60,880 bases of DNA from an uncultured Aquiluna sp. (GCA_964468885.1 CAYXWU010000001.1:1-60880), one strand, 5' to 3'; counted from the first letter of the stretch, positions 30,460 to 40,782 are shown. Program-made: numbers and translations. Notes: generated by a model from the sequence alone, not told the origin.

Positions 30460-31043
30460 TGACCAGAGCGCTACTAGTCATTGATGTACAGAATGACTTT
30501 TGTGAGGGTGGCGCATTGGCCTGTGAGGGCGGTGCGGCAGTCGCTGCCAAGATTTCCAGCTTCATTGCAGATCACAAAGAAAGCTATGACTTTGTGATTG
30601 CATCAAGAGACTGGCACACCCCAAACGATTCAAACGATGGCCACTTTCCGCCACCTGGTATTGAACCTGACTATGTCAAAACTTGGCCGCTCCACTGCTT
30701 TGCCGGAACCCAAGGTGCGGAGTATCACTCAAATTTGGATACCGGCCTGATTGATGTTCACATCAAGAAAGGCCAGGGTGCCAATGGCTACTCGATTTTT
30801 GATGGGGTAACTGATGATGGCACAACCTTCTTCAATTTCTTAGAGTCAAATGCAATAACCGAAGTGGATGTCGTTGGTATCGCAACTGATTATTGTGTGC
30901 GCGCTTCCGCTTTAGATTCAGTGAGAAAAGGGCTACAAGTTCGAGTTATTAGCTCTTTGACCGCTGGAGTGAGCCGTGAATCAATAGAAAAGGCTATCGA
31001 CGAGATGGTGGATGCGGGGATTGCGGTTATTGCAACTGCTTAG
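30459..31043 (+). CDS. pncA: Nicotinamidase/pyrazinamidase
   Basis: IDVQNDFCEGG, DWH, WPLHC, IATDYC; ATG overlaps dacB stop. Confidence 0.9.
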   Translation: MTRALLVIDVQNDFCEGGALACEGGAAVAAKISSFIADHKESYDFVIASRDWHTPNDSNDGHFPPPGIEPDYVKTWPLHCFAGTQGAEYHSNLDTGLIDVHIKKGQGANGYSIFDGVTDDGTTFFNFLESNAITEVDVVGIATDYCVRASALDSVRKGLQVRVISSLTAGVSRESIEKAIDEMVDAGIAVIATA

Positions 31044-32173
31044 CTGTCCCTGCGAGCTCCTTCACTTGGGCTCACGGCAAAAACATTCGGCTCAGCAAAT
31101 CCCTTTTCAGCGAAAGTCTTCTTGCAGTGCTCCGACAGTTCTGCCAGCTTGGAAGACTCGATTAGAGCAATTGCTGCTCCACCAAATCCTCCGCCGGTCA
31201 TGCGCGAGCCGACGGCTCCAACGCTCATGGCAACATCAACCGCGGTATCAAGTTCCTCGATTGAAATCTCAAAGTCGTCTCGCATTGATGCGTGCGATTG
31301 AAGTAGAAGCTCGCCAAGTTTTGGCATGTCTGACGCCTTTAATGCCTTAACTGCTTCTAAAACTCTTTCGTTCTCTGTTATTACGTGGCGGCAGCGGCGG
31401 AAGGTGACATCGTCTAGCTCCTGCTCGGCACGATTTAGGTCTGAAGTTGACAGATCTCTTAGCGATTCCACACCCATAGCTGCTGCACCTCTTTCACAAG
31501 CTTCTCGCCTTGAGCGATAGCCTCCGTCTGAGTGTCGATGCGAGACTTTTGTATCCATCACTGCGACTACGAGACCTTTATTAGACAGGCCAAGTGGTAC
31601 CAACTCGGTGTCCAGGGTCTTGCAGTCAATTAAGACGGCTGCATCCGTTTGCGCCAGCATTGAGGCGGTTTGATCCATGATGCCGGTTGGTGCTCCGACA
31701 ACCTCATTCTCAGCTTTTTGCCCGAGTAGAGCAATTTGTTGTTTGCTGTAACCAGCGCCCCAAATTTCATTTAGTGCTGTCCCGATTGAACATTCAATTG
31801 CTGCCGATGAAGACAGCCCCGCGCCAACTGGGACATCTGAAACAAAAAAAGCATCGAAGCCGCCTTTGGCATTTTCTCGCATAGTCCAAGCAACTCCAAG
31901 CGGGTAAAGAGCCCAGTCCAAGCCCACGGGTTTGTTGTCGGATAGGTCCCAGTCAAAAACTTGGTCAGAAATGCTTGATGCAACGCGGCATTTGTTGTCG
32001 TCTCTGGAGGACAGAGCTACATAAGTTCGTCTATCGATTCCAAACGGAAAGACAAAACCGTTGTTGTAGTCAGTGTGCTCACCAATAAGATTTGCTCGAC
32101 CCGGTGCTGACCAAACTCCTGATGATTTGTAACCAAAGGTCTTTTCAAAACCCTGCTTAGCTTCTTCCAGCAC
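31040..32173 (-). CDS. galK: Galactokinase
   Basis: GRANLIGEHTDYN, PVGAGLSSSAA, RMTGGGFGG. Confidence 0.95.
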   Translation of the reverse strand: MLEEAKQGFEKTFGYKSSGVWSAPGRANLIGEHTDYNNGFVFPFGIDRRTYVALSSRDDNKCRVASSISDQVFDWDLSDNKPVGLDWALYPLGVAWTMRENAKGGFDAFFVSDVPVGAGLSSSAAIECSIGTALNEIWGAGYSKQQIALLGQKAENEVVGAPTGIMDQTASMLAQTDAAVLIDCKTLDTELVPLGLSNKGLVVAVMDTKVSHRHSDGGYRSRREACERGAAAMGVESLRDLSTSDLNRAEQELDDVTFRRCRHVITENERVLEAVKALKASDMPKLGELLLQSHASMRDDFEISIEELDTAVDVAMSVGAVGSRMTGGGFGGAAIALIESSKLAELSEHCKKTFAEKGFAEPNVFAVSPSEGARRDS

Positions 32174-33252
32174 TAGAAAACCTCTCGCAATCTAGCCGCA
32201 GTTTCCTCAGGGGCAATGTCTGCAACAAAAGCTCCCATGGCGCTTTCTGAACCAGCCAAATACTTTAGTTTGTCAGCTGCTCTTCGTGGCGAGGTGATCT
32301 GAAGCATCAATCGGATTTGTTCGCGATTTTCAATCATCGGTGCTTGATGCCAGGCAGAAATGTACGGGGCTGGGGTTCCGTAGTAAGCATCAAATGCCTG
32401 AAGTAATTTCTTATAGACCGCAGCCAGTTCTTTTGATTCATCGTCTCGAAGTTGCGATAGATCATTTATGTTTCTCTTTGGCAGCAGGTGAGCTTCCATC
32501 GGCCAGCGCGCAGCAAAAGGAACAAATGCTAGGAAATTATCGGTTTCTATAATCGTTCGGTTGCCAGCTTTTTCAAATCGAATTAATTCCTCAAAGAAGT
32601 CGCCTTTGAAGGACCTTACGCTTTGAATCAATTTCTCAGTCCTCGGCGTAATGAAGGGATAGGCATAAATCTGTCCGTGAGGATGGTGAAGCGTCACACC
32701 AATCTCTTCACCGCGATTTTCAAAAGGAAAAACCTGTACCACACCTTTTATTTGTTGAAGCTCTTCGGTGCGGTTCATCCATGCCTTGATAACTGTTTCC
32801 ACTCTTTCAACCGGCATTTCACCAAGACTGCCGGAGTGGGCGGGACTGAAGACAACTACCTCACAACGACCAAATGAAGTGGTTGCGAATCCAAACCTCT
32901 GTCCGTTTGGCAGATCGATCAGATTTGCTTCAGGGCCAAAGGCTGGTCCTTTGTTTTCAAATACTGCAACGTCAAAGTTGTCTGGCAATTCACTTAGATT
33001 GCCGTTGGTGGTTGGGCAAAGCGGACAGGAATGTGCAGGAGGAAGAAAAGCGCGTTGCTGGCGATGAGCTGCAACTGTGATCCATTCCGATGTGAGGGCG
33101 TCAAATCTAAGCTGGCCGGTTTGAGGTCGATCAGCTGGCTCACGCATGTCTGATTTTCGGGTAGCTGGCAGAGCCGAAGACTCGTCGTCAAAGTAGAAGA
33201 TATCTCTACCATCGAAGAGCTTGCCATCTATTCTGGCCTTCAAGCTGTCCAC
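32173..33252 (-). CDS. galT: Galactose-1-phosphate uridylyltransferase
   Basis: CPLCP, FENRG, HHPHGQ. Confidence 0.95.
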   Translation of the reverse strand: MDSLKARIDGKLFDGRDIFYFDDESSALPATRKSDMREPADRPQTGQLRFDALTSEWITVAAHRQQRAFLPPAHSCPLCPTTNGNLSELPDNFDVAVFENKGPAFGPEANLIDLPNGQRFGFATTSFGRCEVVVFSPAHSGSLGEMPVERVETVIKAWMNRTEELQQIKGVVQVFPFENRGEEIGVTLHHPHGQIYAYPFITPRTEKLIQSVRSFKGDFFEELIRFEKAGNRTIIETDNFLAFVPFAARWPMEAHLLPKRNINDLSQLRDDESKELAAVYKKLLQAFDAYYGTPAPYISAWHQAPMIENREQIRLMLQITSPRRAADKLKYLAGSESAMGAFVADIAPEETAARLREVF

Positions 33253-33273
33253 CTACTCGTCAATCATTAACAT

Positions 33274-34128
33274 ATGGGAGTGCCAAAAATGCACCCTGAA
33301 CAGCAACTGAGTATCGCTCGGAATTCCGAAGGCGCTACCAGTATGGCAGTAATTTCGCCGGTTGGTGCTGCGCTTGAAAAGTTGGACCTAAGCGGTATAA
33401 CCATTCTTGACTCCTCATTGGTTTCGAACCCGTCAGCCATGTTCTTCGGCTCTGCCCTGGTCCCTTGGCCCAACCGTTTAGCTAATCACACTTATGAGTA
33501 CCAAGGACAGCGCTACCAAACGCCAAATGTAGATCAGGATGGTAATTCAAATCACGGTCTCGTCTTTAATCGTGCATTTGAAGTAAAAGAGCAAACCGAT
33601 GATTCGATTTCTCTTGGTTACAAATTCGGATCCGATGAGGGTTACCCATTCCCGATTGATTTGAATATCACGTATCAACTATTTGATTCAACCCTGCGAG
33701 TTAGTGCCTTGGCGACCAATAATGGTCAGGCTGCGCCTTTTGGCGTTGGTTTTCACCCTTACTTCTTGGTTGGGGAAAACTTTAGAGCTTCTGCTAATTT
33801 CAGTAAACAAATATTGGTTGATGAGAAAATGATTCCAATCTCAGATAAGCCCATTGATGGTTTTGTTTATGAGGGTGGAAAAATAGACGACTGCTTCACG
33901 GGGGCCAGTCAGTTGAATCTAGAAACTGAAAAATTCAAGCTGACAATCTCTTTGGAAAAAGGTTTCCAATACTTTATGCTCTACCGCCCCAGCATTGATT
34001 GTGGCGCTAGCTTGCTAGCTGTTGAGCCAATGAGCTGCATTGCTAACGCATTTAATTCAGATCTCGGCTCAACTTTGATACAGCCTGGTGAGTCAAAGAA
34101 GTTTGAATTCTCAATCAGAATTCACTAG
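33274..34128 (+). CDS. Aldose 1-epimerase family protein (start uncertain)
   Basis: PWPNRL, NHG, GFHPYF, AVEPM. Confidence 0.85.
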   Translation: MGVPKMHPEQQLSIARNSEGATSMAVISPVGAALEKLDLSGITILDSSLVSNPSAMFFGSALVPWPNRLANHTYEYQGQRYQTPNVDQDGNSNHGLVFNRAFEVKEQTDDSISLGYKFGSDEGYPFPIDLNITYQLFDSTLRVSALATNNGQAAPFGVGFHPYFLVGENFRASANFSKQILVDEKMIPISDKPIDGFVYEGGKIDDCFTGASQLNLETEKFKLTISLEKGFQYFMLYRPSIDCGASLLAVEPMSCIANAFNSDLGSTLIQPGESKKFEFSIRIH

Positions 34129-34792
34129 ATGGTAAATCTTTCTCATCGGCTTCAATAGCCGAGATTACTCTGCTTGCTACCTCAGCCGCAGTTTTTCCTT
34201 GCGGGAACTTTGGAGCGGTTCCGGCAATTGCACGATCGGCCAAGCCTGTTTCGGTGTGACCAGGTCTAGCTGAGATAACCGTTGTACCAGCTCTGCGCCA
34301 TTCTCTTGCAGCAGCTTGCAGAAAGCCATGAATTGCAAACTTGGAAGCTGAGTAAGAGGCAAGACCTGGCAGTGCAGTTTCTGCCACTACACCTGTCAGA
34401 TTCACGACAACTGAGGAATCTTTTTTCGCAAGTAGTGGTGCCAAAGCGCTCAACAGCTGAATGGGACCAACTGCATTGATGGCGAATAATTTACTGATCG
34501 TCTCAGCATCTGTTTCACTAGCTTCACCGAAGGCAACTACTCCGCTGGCGTTGATGATTCCATCCAGATCGGCTGAGGCAATGAGGTAATCAGTAAGGGT
34601 TTTGATGCTCTCAGGCTTGGTGTAGTCGAGCAGCAACCTCACCTCTACACCTGCAGGGATTTTGGCCGCAGAGTCGTTCGTACTGGCCGTTCCCAGCACG
34701 TTGGCACCTTTTTCTCTCAGCTGTCTAACAATCTCTGCGCCTAAGGCTCCGGAAGCCCCACAAACCAAGAATTTTTTTCCTGAAATCTCCAT
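34115..34792 (-). CDS. SDR family oxidoreductase
   Basis: GASGALG, YSASK, PGHTET. Confidence 0.88.
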   Translation of the reverse strand: MEISGKKFLVCGASGALGAEIVRQLREKGANVLGTASTNDSAAKIPAGVEVRLLLDYTKPESIKTLTDYLIASADLDGIINASGVVAFGEASETDAETISKLFAINAVGPIQLLSALAPLLAKKDSSVVVNLTGVVAETALPGLASYSASKFAIHGFLQAAAREWRRAGTTVISARPGHTETGLADRAIAGTAPKFPQGKTAAEVASRVISAIEADEKDLPSSEF

Positions 34793-34857
34793 CCTTGTTC
34801 TAACTGAATTATTGGCCTAGTTATTTCAGGTGATGGAACATTTCTCCAGTTAGCCCA

Positions 34858-34989
34858 TATACGCAATTAGTTGCCGGTAGTAATCAAATCGAAACATTCC
34901 CTCGCCCCTGTCCCTGAGGGGCTCGGCGGCCTTGGGGGATAGGCTTGGTTTTTGCAAAGACGCAGACAGAAACTAATTGGGTGTAATTA
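34858..34989 (+). promoter_or_regulatory. Candidate structured 5' leader of the polyamine ABC operon
   Basis: Nested inverted repeats; outer TATACGCAATTAGTT (34858-34872) pairs with AACTAATTGGGTGTA (34971-34985), covering the putative SD. Confidence 0.5.
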
Positions 34990-36066
34990 ATGGCAGATGT
35001 TCAAAGTGGCCAGGGCATGGTAGGTGAGAGCACTCAACCGCTCTCCTCGGGCGTTTCAATCAGAGGCCTCAGTAAGAATTTTGGAGCCGTCGAAGCGGTT
35101 GCCGGAGTCAATTTAGACATTCCTCAAGGTGAGTTCTTCTCAATGCTCGGACCTTCTGGTTCGGGAAAAACCACTGTTCTAAGAATGATCGCTGGCTTTG
35201 AAAGCGCAAGTACCGGTCAGATCTTCTTGGATGGCCAAGACGTCACCGAACAAGCTCCATTTGATCGCGAGGTCAACACCGTCTTTCAGGACTACGCCCT
35301 CTTCCCGCACATGAGCATTCAGGACAACGTTGAGTTTGGTCTAAGGGCTAAAAAGCTTTCAAAAGAAGAAAGAACTGCCAAAGCAACAGAAGCCATCAAC
35401 CAGGTAAAGCTAGGCCACCTCGCAGACCGCCTGCCTCATCAACTTTCAGGTGGACAGCGCCAGAGAATTGCACTTGCGCGAGCATTGGTGCTCAGGCCCA
35501 AGCTGCTTTTATTGGATGAACCACTGGGGGCGCTGGATAAGCAACTTCGTGAGGAAATGCAAGTTGAGCTAAAAAACATTCAGCGGGAATCCAAGATCAC
35601 ATTCATTTTTGTTACGCACGACCAAGAAGAAGCAATGCGCATGAGCGATCGAATTGCAGTCTTCAACGCAGGAAAGATTGAGCAGATAGGAACCCCGCAG
35701 GAAGTTTATGAGAAACCTGCCACAGCATTTGTTGCTGGCTTCCTGGGTAGCTCAAACATCATTGATGCCAATTCCGCAACAGCTCTTACTGGACTGAACC
35801 AAATGATCAACATCCGCCCAGAGCGAATCAAGCTGGTAGCGAGCAACGAAAGTCTTGCCAGCGATGAGCAAGGCGTTCAGGCGGTAATTCGAGACACGGC
35901 TTTCCTGGGTGCTAACACCCTATTTATGTTGGAAGCCAACGGGCTTTCGATGATTGCAACCCGAGTAAACGAAGAATTACCCGGCGAAACCAAAGGTTTT
36001 GTCGCAGGTGATCGAGTGATGGCGAAGTGGAAGAAATCCCACGTAACCAGCATTCCTAAAAAATGA
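34990..36066 (+). CDS. potA: Polyamine ABC transporter ATPase
   Basis: GPSGSGKT, VNTVFQDYALFPH, LSGGQ, DEPLGALDKQLR, TOBE domain. Confidence 0.88.
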   Translation: MADVQSGQGMVGESTQPLSSGVSIRGLSKNFGAVEAVAGVNLDIPQGEFFSMLGPSGSGKTTVLRMIAGFESASTGQIFLDGQDVTEQAPFDREVNTVFQDYALFPHMSIQDNVEFGLRAKKLSKEERTAKATEAINQVKLGHLADRLPHQLSGGQRQRIALARALVLRPKLLLLDEPLGALDKQLREEMQVELKNIQRESKITFIFVTHDQEEAMRMSDRIAVFNAGKIEQIGTPQEVYEKPATAFVAGFLGSSNIIDANSATALTGLNQMINIRPERIKLVASNESLASDEQGVQAVIRDTAFLGANTLFMLEANGLSMIATRVNEELPGETKGFVAGDRVMAKWKKSHVTSIPKK

Positions 36067-37241
36067 GAGGAAACAAATTGAAGCGTAGAAAACTAGCATT
36101 TGGTGCTCTGCTTGCTACTTCTTCACTGTTCCTTGCAAGCTGTGCTACTGACAGCGGTGAGCTAACACTTACCGTGCCAGATGTGCCGATGCAACAGGAA
36201 CTAGGTGAGTTTGAAGGCGAGCTGAACATCGTCAACTGGTCAGGCTTTGTTGAGCCTGCCTGGACTGACAAGTTCACCGCTGAAACTGGTTGTAAGGTAA
36301 ACCCTCGCGTTGCTGGTACAAGCGATGAAATGGTTACCTTGATGCGTACCGGAGAGTACGACATCGTATCTGCATCTGGTGACGCAGCACTTCGCCTTAT
36401 TGTCGGTGGTGACGTTGCTCCACTAAACCTTGATCTAATCCCTAACTTCTCTGACGATATCGCGCCAGGCATGAAGGGTCAGATTTATGACACAGTAAAT
36501 GGCAAAGCCTACGGTGTGCCAATCGGTCGTGGTGCCAACCTTCTTCAGTACAACGAAACAGTTACTGGTGGAGCTCCTGAGAGCTGGAGCGTTGTTTGGG
36601 AAACTGACAGCCCATACGCAGGAAAAATCACTGCCTATGACGCACCAATTTACATCGCAGACGCTGCCGTCTACCTGATGTACCACAAGCCAGAGCTAGG
36701 CATCAAGAACCCATACGCGCTAGATGAGACACAGCTTGCTGCAGCAATTGACTTGCTGAAGCAGCAGAACTCCATCATTGGCGAGTACTGGGCAGATCCA
36801 GTAGCACAGATCACTTCCTTCGTAGGCGGCAACGTTGTAGTTGGCACCTCATGGGAAGTTCTGCGTAAGTTCGCTGGTCAGGAAAACATCAAGACCACAC
36901 TGCCAGTTGAGGGATCAACCGGATGGTATGACGCTTGGCTACTATCCTCAACCGCTAAGAACCCTAACTGTGCATATGCATGGATGGACTACACCAGCAC
37001 TGCTGAAGTCAATGGCGCAATTGCCATGAACTTCGGTATGGCTCCTGCCAACATCGCATTCTGTAAGTCAAGTCCAGAAGCTCAGGCTCACTGTGACGAG
37101 TTCGCTGCAGAAGACGAGGAGTTCTTCTCCAGAGTATGGCCATGGACCACTCCAATCGAAGAGTGTGTTGACGGACGTAAGGACGTCAAGTGCACCAGCT
37201 TCCAGGATTGGACGAATGCCTGGCTTACTGTAAAGGGCTAA
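36063..37241 (+). CDS. Polyamine ABC substrate-binding lipoprotein (PotD/YdcS-like)
   Basis: Lipobox LASC, TSDEMV, YDIVSASGDA, EGSTGW, NCAYAW. Confidence 0.85.
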   Translation: MRGNKLKRRKLAFGALLATSSLFLASCATDSGELTLTVPDVPMQQELGEFEGELNIVNWSGFVEPAWTDKFTAETGCKVNPRVAGTSDEMVTLMRTGEYDIVSASGDAALRLIVGGDVAPLNLDLIPNFSDDIAPGMKGQIYDTVNGKAYGVPIGRGANLLQYNETVTGGAPESWSVVWETDSPYAGKITAYDAPIYIADAAVYLMYHKPELGIKNPYALDETQLAAAIDLLKQQNSIIGEYWADPVAQITSFVGGNVVVGTSWEVLRKFAGQENIKTTLPVEGSTGWYDAWLLSSTAKNPNCAYAWMDYTSTAEVNGAIAMNFGMAPANIAFCKSSPEAQAHCDEFAAEDEEFFSRVWPWTTPIEECVDGRKDVKCTSFQDWTNAWLTVKG

Positions 37242-37246
37242 AAATA

Positions 37247-37278
37247 GTTGCTGGGTGGGGGTAACCCCACCCAGCAAC
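37247..37278 (+). other. Perfect intercistronic hairpin after the SBP gene
   Basis: GTTGCTGGGTGGGG-GTAA-CCCCACCCAGCAAC: 14-bp stem, GNRA loop, no T run. Confidence 0.85.
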
Positions 37279-37302
37279 ATCCATTCCAAAGGGAGGTGAA
37301 AA

Positions 37303-38187
37303 GTGACATCGATGTTAGACAAAACAAAATCAACTATGCCGTTGTCCTCTTACCTCCACCTCCACCCCAAAGTCAGACTTAGGGCGCTACTAGCGCTTCC
37401 AATGACTTGGCTTGTTGGGGTTTACATCATTTCTTTGTTTTTACTTCTGATTACTGCTTTTTGGTTCATTGATCCATTCACGTCTCGCGTCAGACCTGGA
37501 TTTACTCTTGAAAACTTTGTAAGCATATTTACAGTGCCCGCATATTTGTCCACGTCACTTAGGACTCTCCTGATTGCACTGGCTGTTACTGCTGTTTGTA
37601 TAGTTTTGGCAATTCCGCTGGGTATTTACATGGCTAAGGTTGCAAAACCTTGGGTAAGAAATCTGCTTGCAGTTCTCATTACTTTGCCACTTTGGGCCGG
37701 TTACTTAGTCAAACTATTGGCCATGCGTTTGACCTTTACCGAAAACGGATTCATCAACTGGCTATTGGATCCAATTGGATTGTCCGGCCCTGGCTTTGGA
37801 ATTCCAGTAGTGGTTCTCACACTGACTTACCTTTGGTTTCCCTACATGGCGCTGCCAGTGTTCACAGCGATTAGGCAGATTCCAAATAATCTTTTTGATG
37901 CAGCGGCCGATCTGGGCCAAAAAGCCTGGCCAACTATTTTTAGAGTGGTTTTGCCGCTTATAACCCCAGCAATTATTGCTGGTTCTGTCTTCACATTCTC
38001 ATTGAGCTTAGGTGACTATTTGGCGGCGCGGTTCGTAGGTGGTTCTACTCAAATGATTGGCAGCATCATCGCCGCCAACATCAACTTGAACCCACCGGTG
38101 GCAGCAGCATTTTCGATGGTTCCCATTGCGTTTGTTGTTATGTATTTGCTGGTTGCCCGCCGCACTGGATCATTGGAGAGAATGTAA
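37303..38187 (+). CDS. potB: Polyamine ABC permease
   Basis: EAA-like DAAADLG loop, TFSLSLGDY. Confidence 0.85.
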   Translation: MTSMLDKTKSTMPLSSYLHLHPKVRLRALLALPMTWLVGVYIISLFLLLITAFWFIDPFTSRVRPGFTLENFVSIFTVPAYLSTSLRTLLIALAVTAVCIVLAIPLGIYMAKVAKPWVRNLLAVLITLPLWAGYLVKLLAMRLTFTENGFINWLLDPIGLSGPGFGIPVVVLTLTYLWFPYMALPVFTAIRQIPNNLFDAAADLGQKAWPTIFRVVLPLITPAIIAGSVFTFSLSLGDYLAARFVGGSTQMIGSIIAANINLNPPVAAAFSMVPIAFVVMYLLVARRTGSLERM

Positions 38188-38999
38188 TGCTGAGATTCTC
38201 AAAACTTTCTAAAGCAGGAATGCTGGCAATTATTGGCTTGATCTTGGCGTTTATGTACATTCCGCTTTTCATTTTGATGCTGAATGCTTTCAACGAAGCG
38301 CAAGTATCTTCTTGGCCAATTCAAAATTATTCACTCAGATGGTGGGAGACTGCAGCAGAATTAGAGGCAATCAGGAATGCACTGCTCAATTCCGTGATTG
38401 TTGCTTTCGGAGCAATGACTATTGCTTCAATACTTGGCACCCTCACTGCCTTCGCCCTTTCTAGATTTGACTTCTTTGGAAAGACCACAGTCAATCTTTT
38501 GGTTGTTCTACCCATTGCCTTGCCTGGCGTTGTAACGGGTGTGGCCTTCAGCAACACATACAGCAACTTCCTCACACCGGCAGGCTTTCAGATTGGCTAC
38601 TTCGGAATGATTGTCGCTCACGCAACATTCTGTATTGTGATGGTTTTCAACAATGTCTTCGCTCGACTCAAGCGCATGAATCCAAACCTCCAAGAAGCGT
38701 CCATGGATCTCGGCCAAGGCGTCTGGGGTACGTTCCGATTGGTTACGTTCCCTCAGTTCCGCGCAGCGTTTGGTGCCGGTGCTCTGTTGGCTTTTGCACT
38801 AAGTTTCGATGAAGTCGTTGTCACAATCTTTACCGCTCCGCCTGGTGTGGACACCATTCCACTCTGGATTCTCAAGGAAATGGCTCGTCCGACTCAAGCC
38901 AGTGTTGTGAACGTGGTAGCTACCGTGATTATCGTTTTGTCGCTGATACCTGTTTATGTTTCTCAACGTCTGTCACGCGCAGCAGATGACGGAAAGTAA
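38187..38999 (+). CDS. potC: Polyamine ABC permease
   Basis: EASMDLG, ALSFDEVVVT. Confidence 0.87.
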   Translation: MLRFSKLSKAGMLAIIGLILAFMYIPLFILMLNAFNEAQVSSWPIQNYSLRWWETAAELEAIRNALLNSVIVAFGAMTIASILGTLTAFALSRFDFFGKTTVNLLVVLPIALPGVVTGVAFSNTYSNFLTPAGFQIGYFGMIVAHATFCIVMVFNNVFARLKRMNPNLQEASMDLGQGVWGTFRLVTFPQFRAAFGAGALLAFALSFDEVVVTIFTAPPGVDTIPLWILKEMARPTQASVVNVVATVIIVLSLIPVYVSQRLSRAADDGK

Positions 39000-39062
39000 G
39001 TAGTTTTTCGCTGTATTGCGGCGTCAACCCGCTATTCCAGCTTCTCTCGGTAAGGTTCTCTT

Positions 39063-39677
39063 GTGATTGAGTTTGCGGTTGACCTAATTAGTCAAGTTGG
39101 CCTAATTGGTGCGGCATTCTTGATTGGGATTGAAGTAATAATTCCTCCTATTCCGAGCGAGGCAATTCTTCTGCTTACAGGTTTCAATGTGGCGCTGGGC
39201 CGATTTGGCTTTCTAGAGGCTGTATTTGCAACAGTAGTCGGATCGCTGGTCGGTGCAAGTTTTTGGTATCTGATTGGCTACCTATTCACTCAGCAAAGGG
39301 TTGAGAGCATAGTTTCAAAGTATGGCAAGTATGTTGGCCTTCCAGTTAGGAACCTGACTAAGACAATGAACTGGTTCAAGCAATACGGTTCATCGCTAGT
39401 ATTTTTTGGCCGAATGTTTCCAATCGTAAGGAGCCTGGTCAGCATTCCAGCCGGACTGGTCAAAATGGGACTTGCTAAGTTCTACTTCTTTTCTACCGCT
39501 GGAATTCTTATTTGGAACACTTTGTGGATCACCATTGGCTTCAATCTTGGGGAAAACTGGCAGGCTGCTGAAGACTTTGCTCAAGTCTTGGATTGGATTG
39601 TTTATGCCCTACTAGGCATATTGTTTGCATATGTCCTTGTGAACTTTGTGAAGCAAGTCACCAAGAAATCAGACTAA
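39063..39677 (+). CDS. DedA family membrane protein
   Basis: PPIPSE, FFGRMFPIVRSLVSIPAG. Confidence 0.92.
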   Translation: MIEFAVDLISQVGLIGAAFLIGIEVIIPPIPSEAILLLTGFNVALGRFGFLEAVFATVVGSLVGASFWYLIGYLFTQQRVESIVSKYGKYVGLPVRNLTKTMNWFKQYGSSLVFFGRMFPIVRSLVSIPAGLVKMGLAKFYFFSTAGILIWNTLWITIGFNLGENWQAAEDFAQVLDWIVYALLGILFAYVLVNFVKQVTKKSD

Positions 39678-40057
39678 GCAAATAGGTCCAACCTATTTCT
39701 CACCAATTTCTCGAATGATTTGACGCTGCCATCCGCAGCCTTTAATTCTTGAAAGTCAAGAAACATTGAAATCGAACCATCGTCGTGGGCAAGCAAAACG
39801 CATGGTTCCCTGCCCACCGATGCCGCTAGTTCTTTCTCGGTTCTTTCGTTCATGTGAACCAGGCGGAAATTCAGGTCGAATTCTTTGCTTAGAACCGATT
39901 CAAGACGCTTAAACTCACCCTTTTTCTTGAAGGGGGAGTGAGTTATGTCGCATAAACTGCACTCCCTAATTCCGATGAGATGGCCGAAGAAATAGCTCAG
40001 CTCGCCGATCAAGCCGCCATCGGCTTTGTAAACGCCAATCAAAGTTCTTCTTGCCAT
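39674..40057 (-). CDS. Conserved hypothetical protein
   Basis: GVYKADGGLIGELSY, CSLCDITH, HMNE, PCVL pattern. Confidence 0.75.
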   Translation of the reverse strand: MARRTLIGVYKADGGLIGELSYFFGHLIGIRECSLCDITHSPFKKKGEFKRLESVLSKEFDLNFRLVHMNERTEKELAASVGREPCVLLAHDDGSISMFLDFQELKAADGSVKSFEKLVRNRLDLFA

Positions 40058-40103
40058 GGCTACATCAACTGGCTGAGGTGATTATTTCTTCCCGATCTCT
40101 GAT

Positions 40104-40646
40104 TCAAAATCCAGTTTCATAGGTGAGGAAAAAGTATTCCACTCTCACTTCTTCGCCCTTGAAATTTTCTTCCCAGCTCTTTGATTCATCGATTTCAAAC
40201 CCCAGGGTCTTGAGCAATCGCTTAGATGCTGTGTTGCGACTATCGGGTTGGGCAATGACCTTCGTAGCTCCAATTTCAGAGAAAAGGTAAGTAAGTAATC
40301 TGGCGGCTGCTTCAGTAGCAAAACCCTGGCCTTGATTCTGTCTCGCAATCGTGAAACCAATCTCAAACTCTAGGTTGGAGCCATGAATTGCGTGAAGGGC
40401 GAGGTCCCCTACTAACTTGCCAGCAGACTTCTCATAAATGGCTAGTTGAAGCCATTGCCCTGGGGTGGGAACTAAATCATCAGCTTGCGATTGGATTAGC
40501 TCCATCCCTTGCTGTTTGGAATAAGTCTGATCCCAACTTTGAAAGCGGGCAATTTCTGGATCCTGTCGATATGCGACAAAGTCATCTAAATCACCCATCG
40601 TGAGCGGTTGAATAATGAGCCGTTCAGTGAGGAGCGGGTAGACCAC
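40104..40646 (-). CDS. RimJ/RimL-type GNAT acetyltransferase
   Basis: TERL, EIGF, QGQGFATEA, NTASKRLLKTLGF. Confidence 0.88.
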   Translation of the reverse strand: MVYPLLTERLIIQPLTMGDLDDFVAYRQDPEIARFQSWDQTYSKQQGMELIQSQADDLVPTPGQWLQLAIYEKSAGKLVGDLALHAIHGSNLEFEIGFTIARQNQGQGFATEAAARLLTYLFSEIGATKVIAQPDSRNTASKRLLKTLGFEIDESKSWEENFKGEEVRVEYFFLTYETGF

Positions 40647-40686
40647 AAGCGCAGTTTATTAGCCAACGCTTTGATTCGATTGTTTG

Positions 40687-40759
40687 TAGGCCCCGTCGGG
40701 ATCGAACCGACGACCCACGGATTAAAAGTCCGTTGCTCTACCGACTGAGCTAGAGGCCC
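40687..40759 (-). tRNA. tRNA-Lys(TTT)
   Basis: Reverse complement GGGCCTCTAGCTCAG...ACGGA-CTTTTAA-TCCGT...TTCGATC...GGGGCCTA; CCA not encoded. Confidence 0.95.
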
Positions 40760-40782
40760 CTGCAGCCTAGAAGTCTAACAGG

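Noticed and set aside
23407-34800. Genomic island integrated at tRNA-Thr or tRNA-Lys
   Set aside because: No integrase, transposase or visible repeat of a tRNA 3' end; genes are housekeeping-like.
34833-34853. uORF MEHFSS upstream of the potA leader
   Set aside because: Six codons with no informative residues or independent support.
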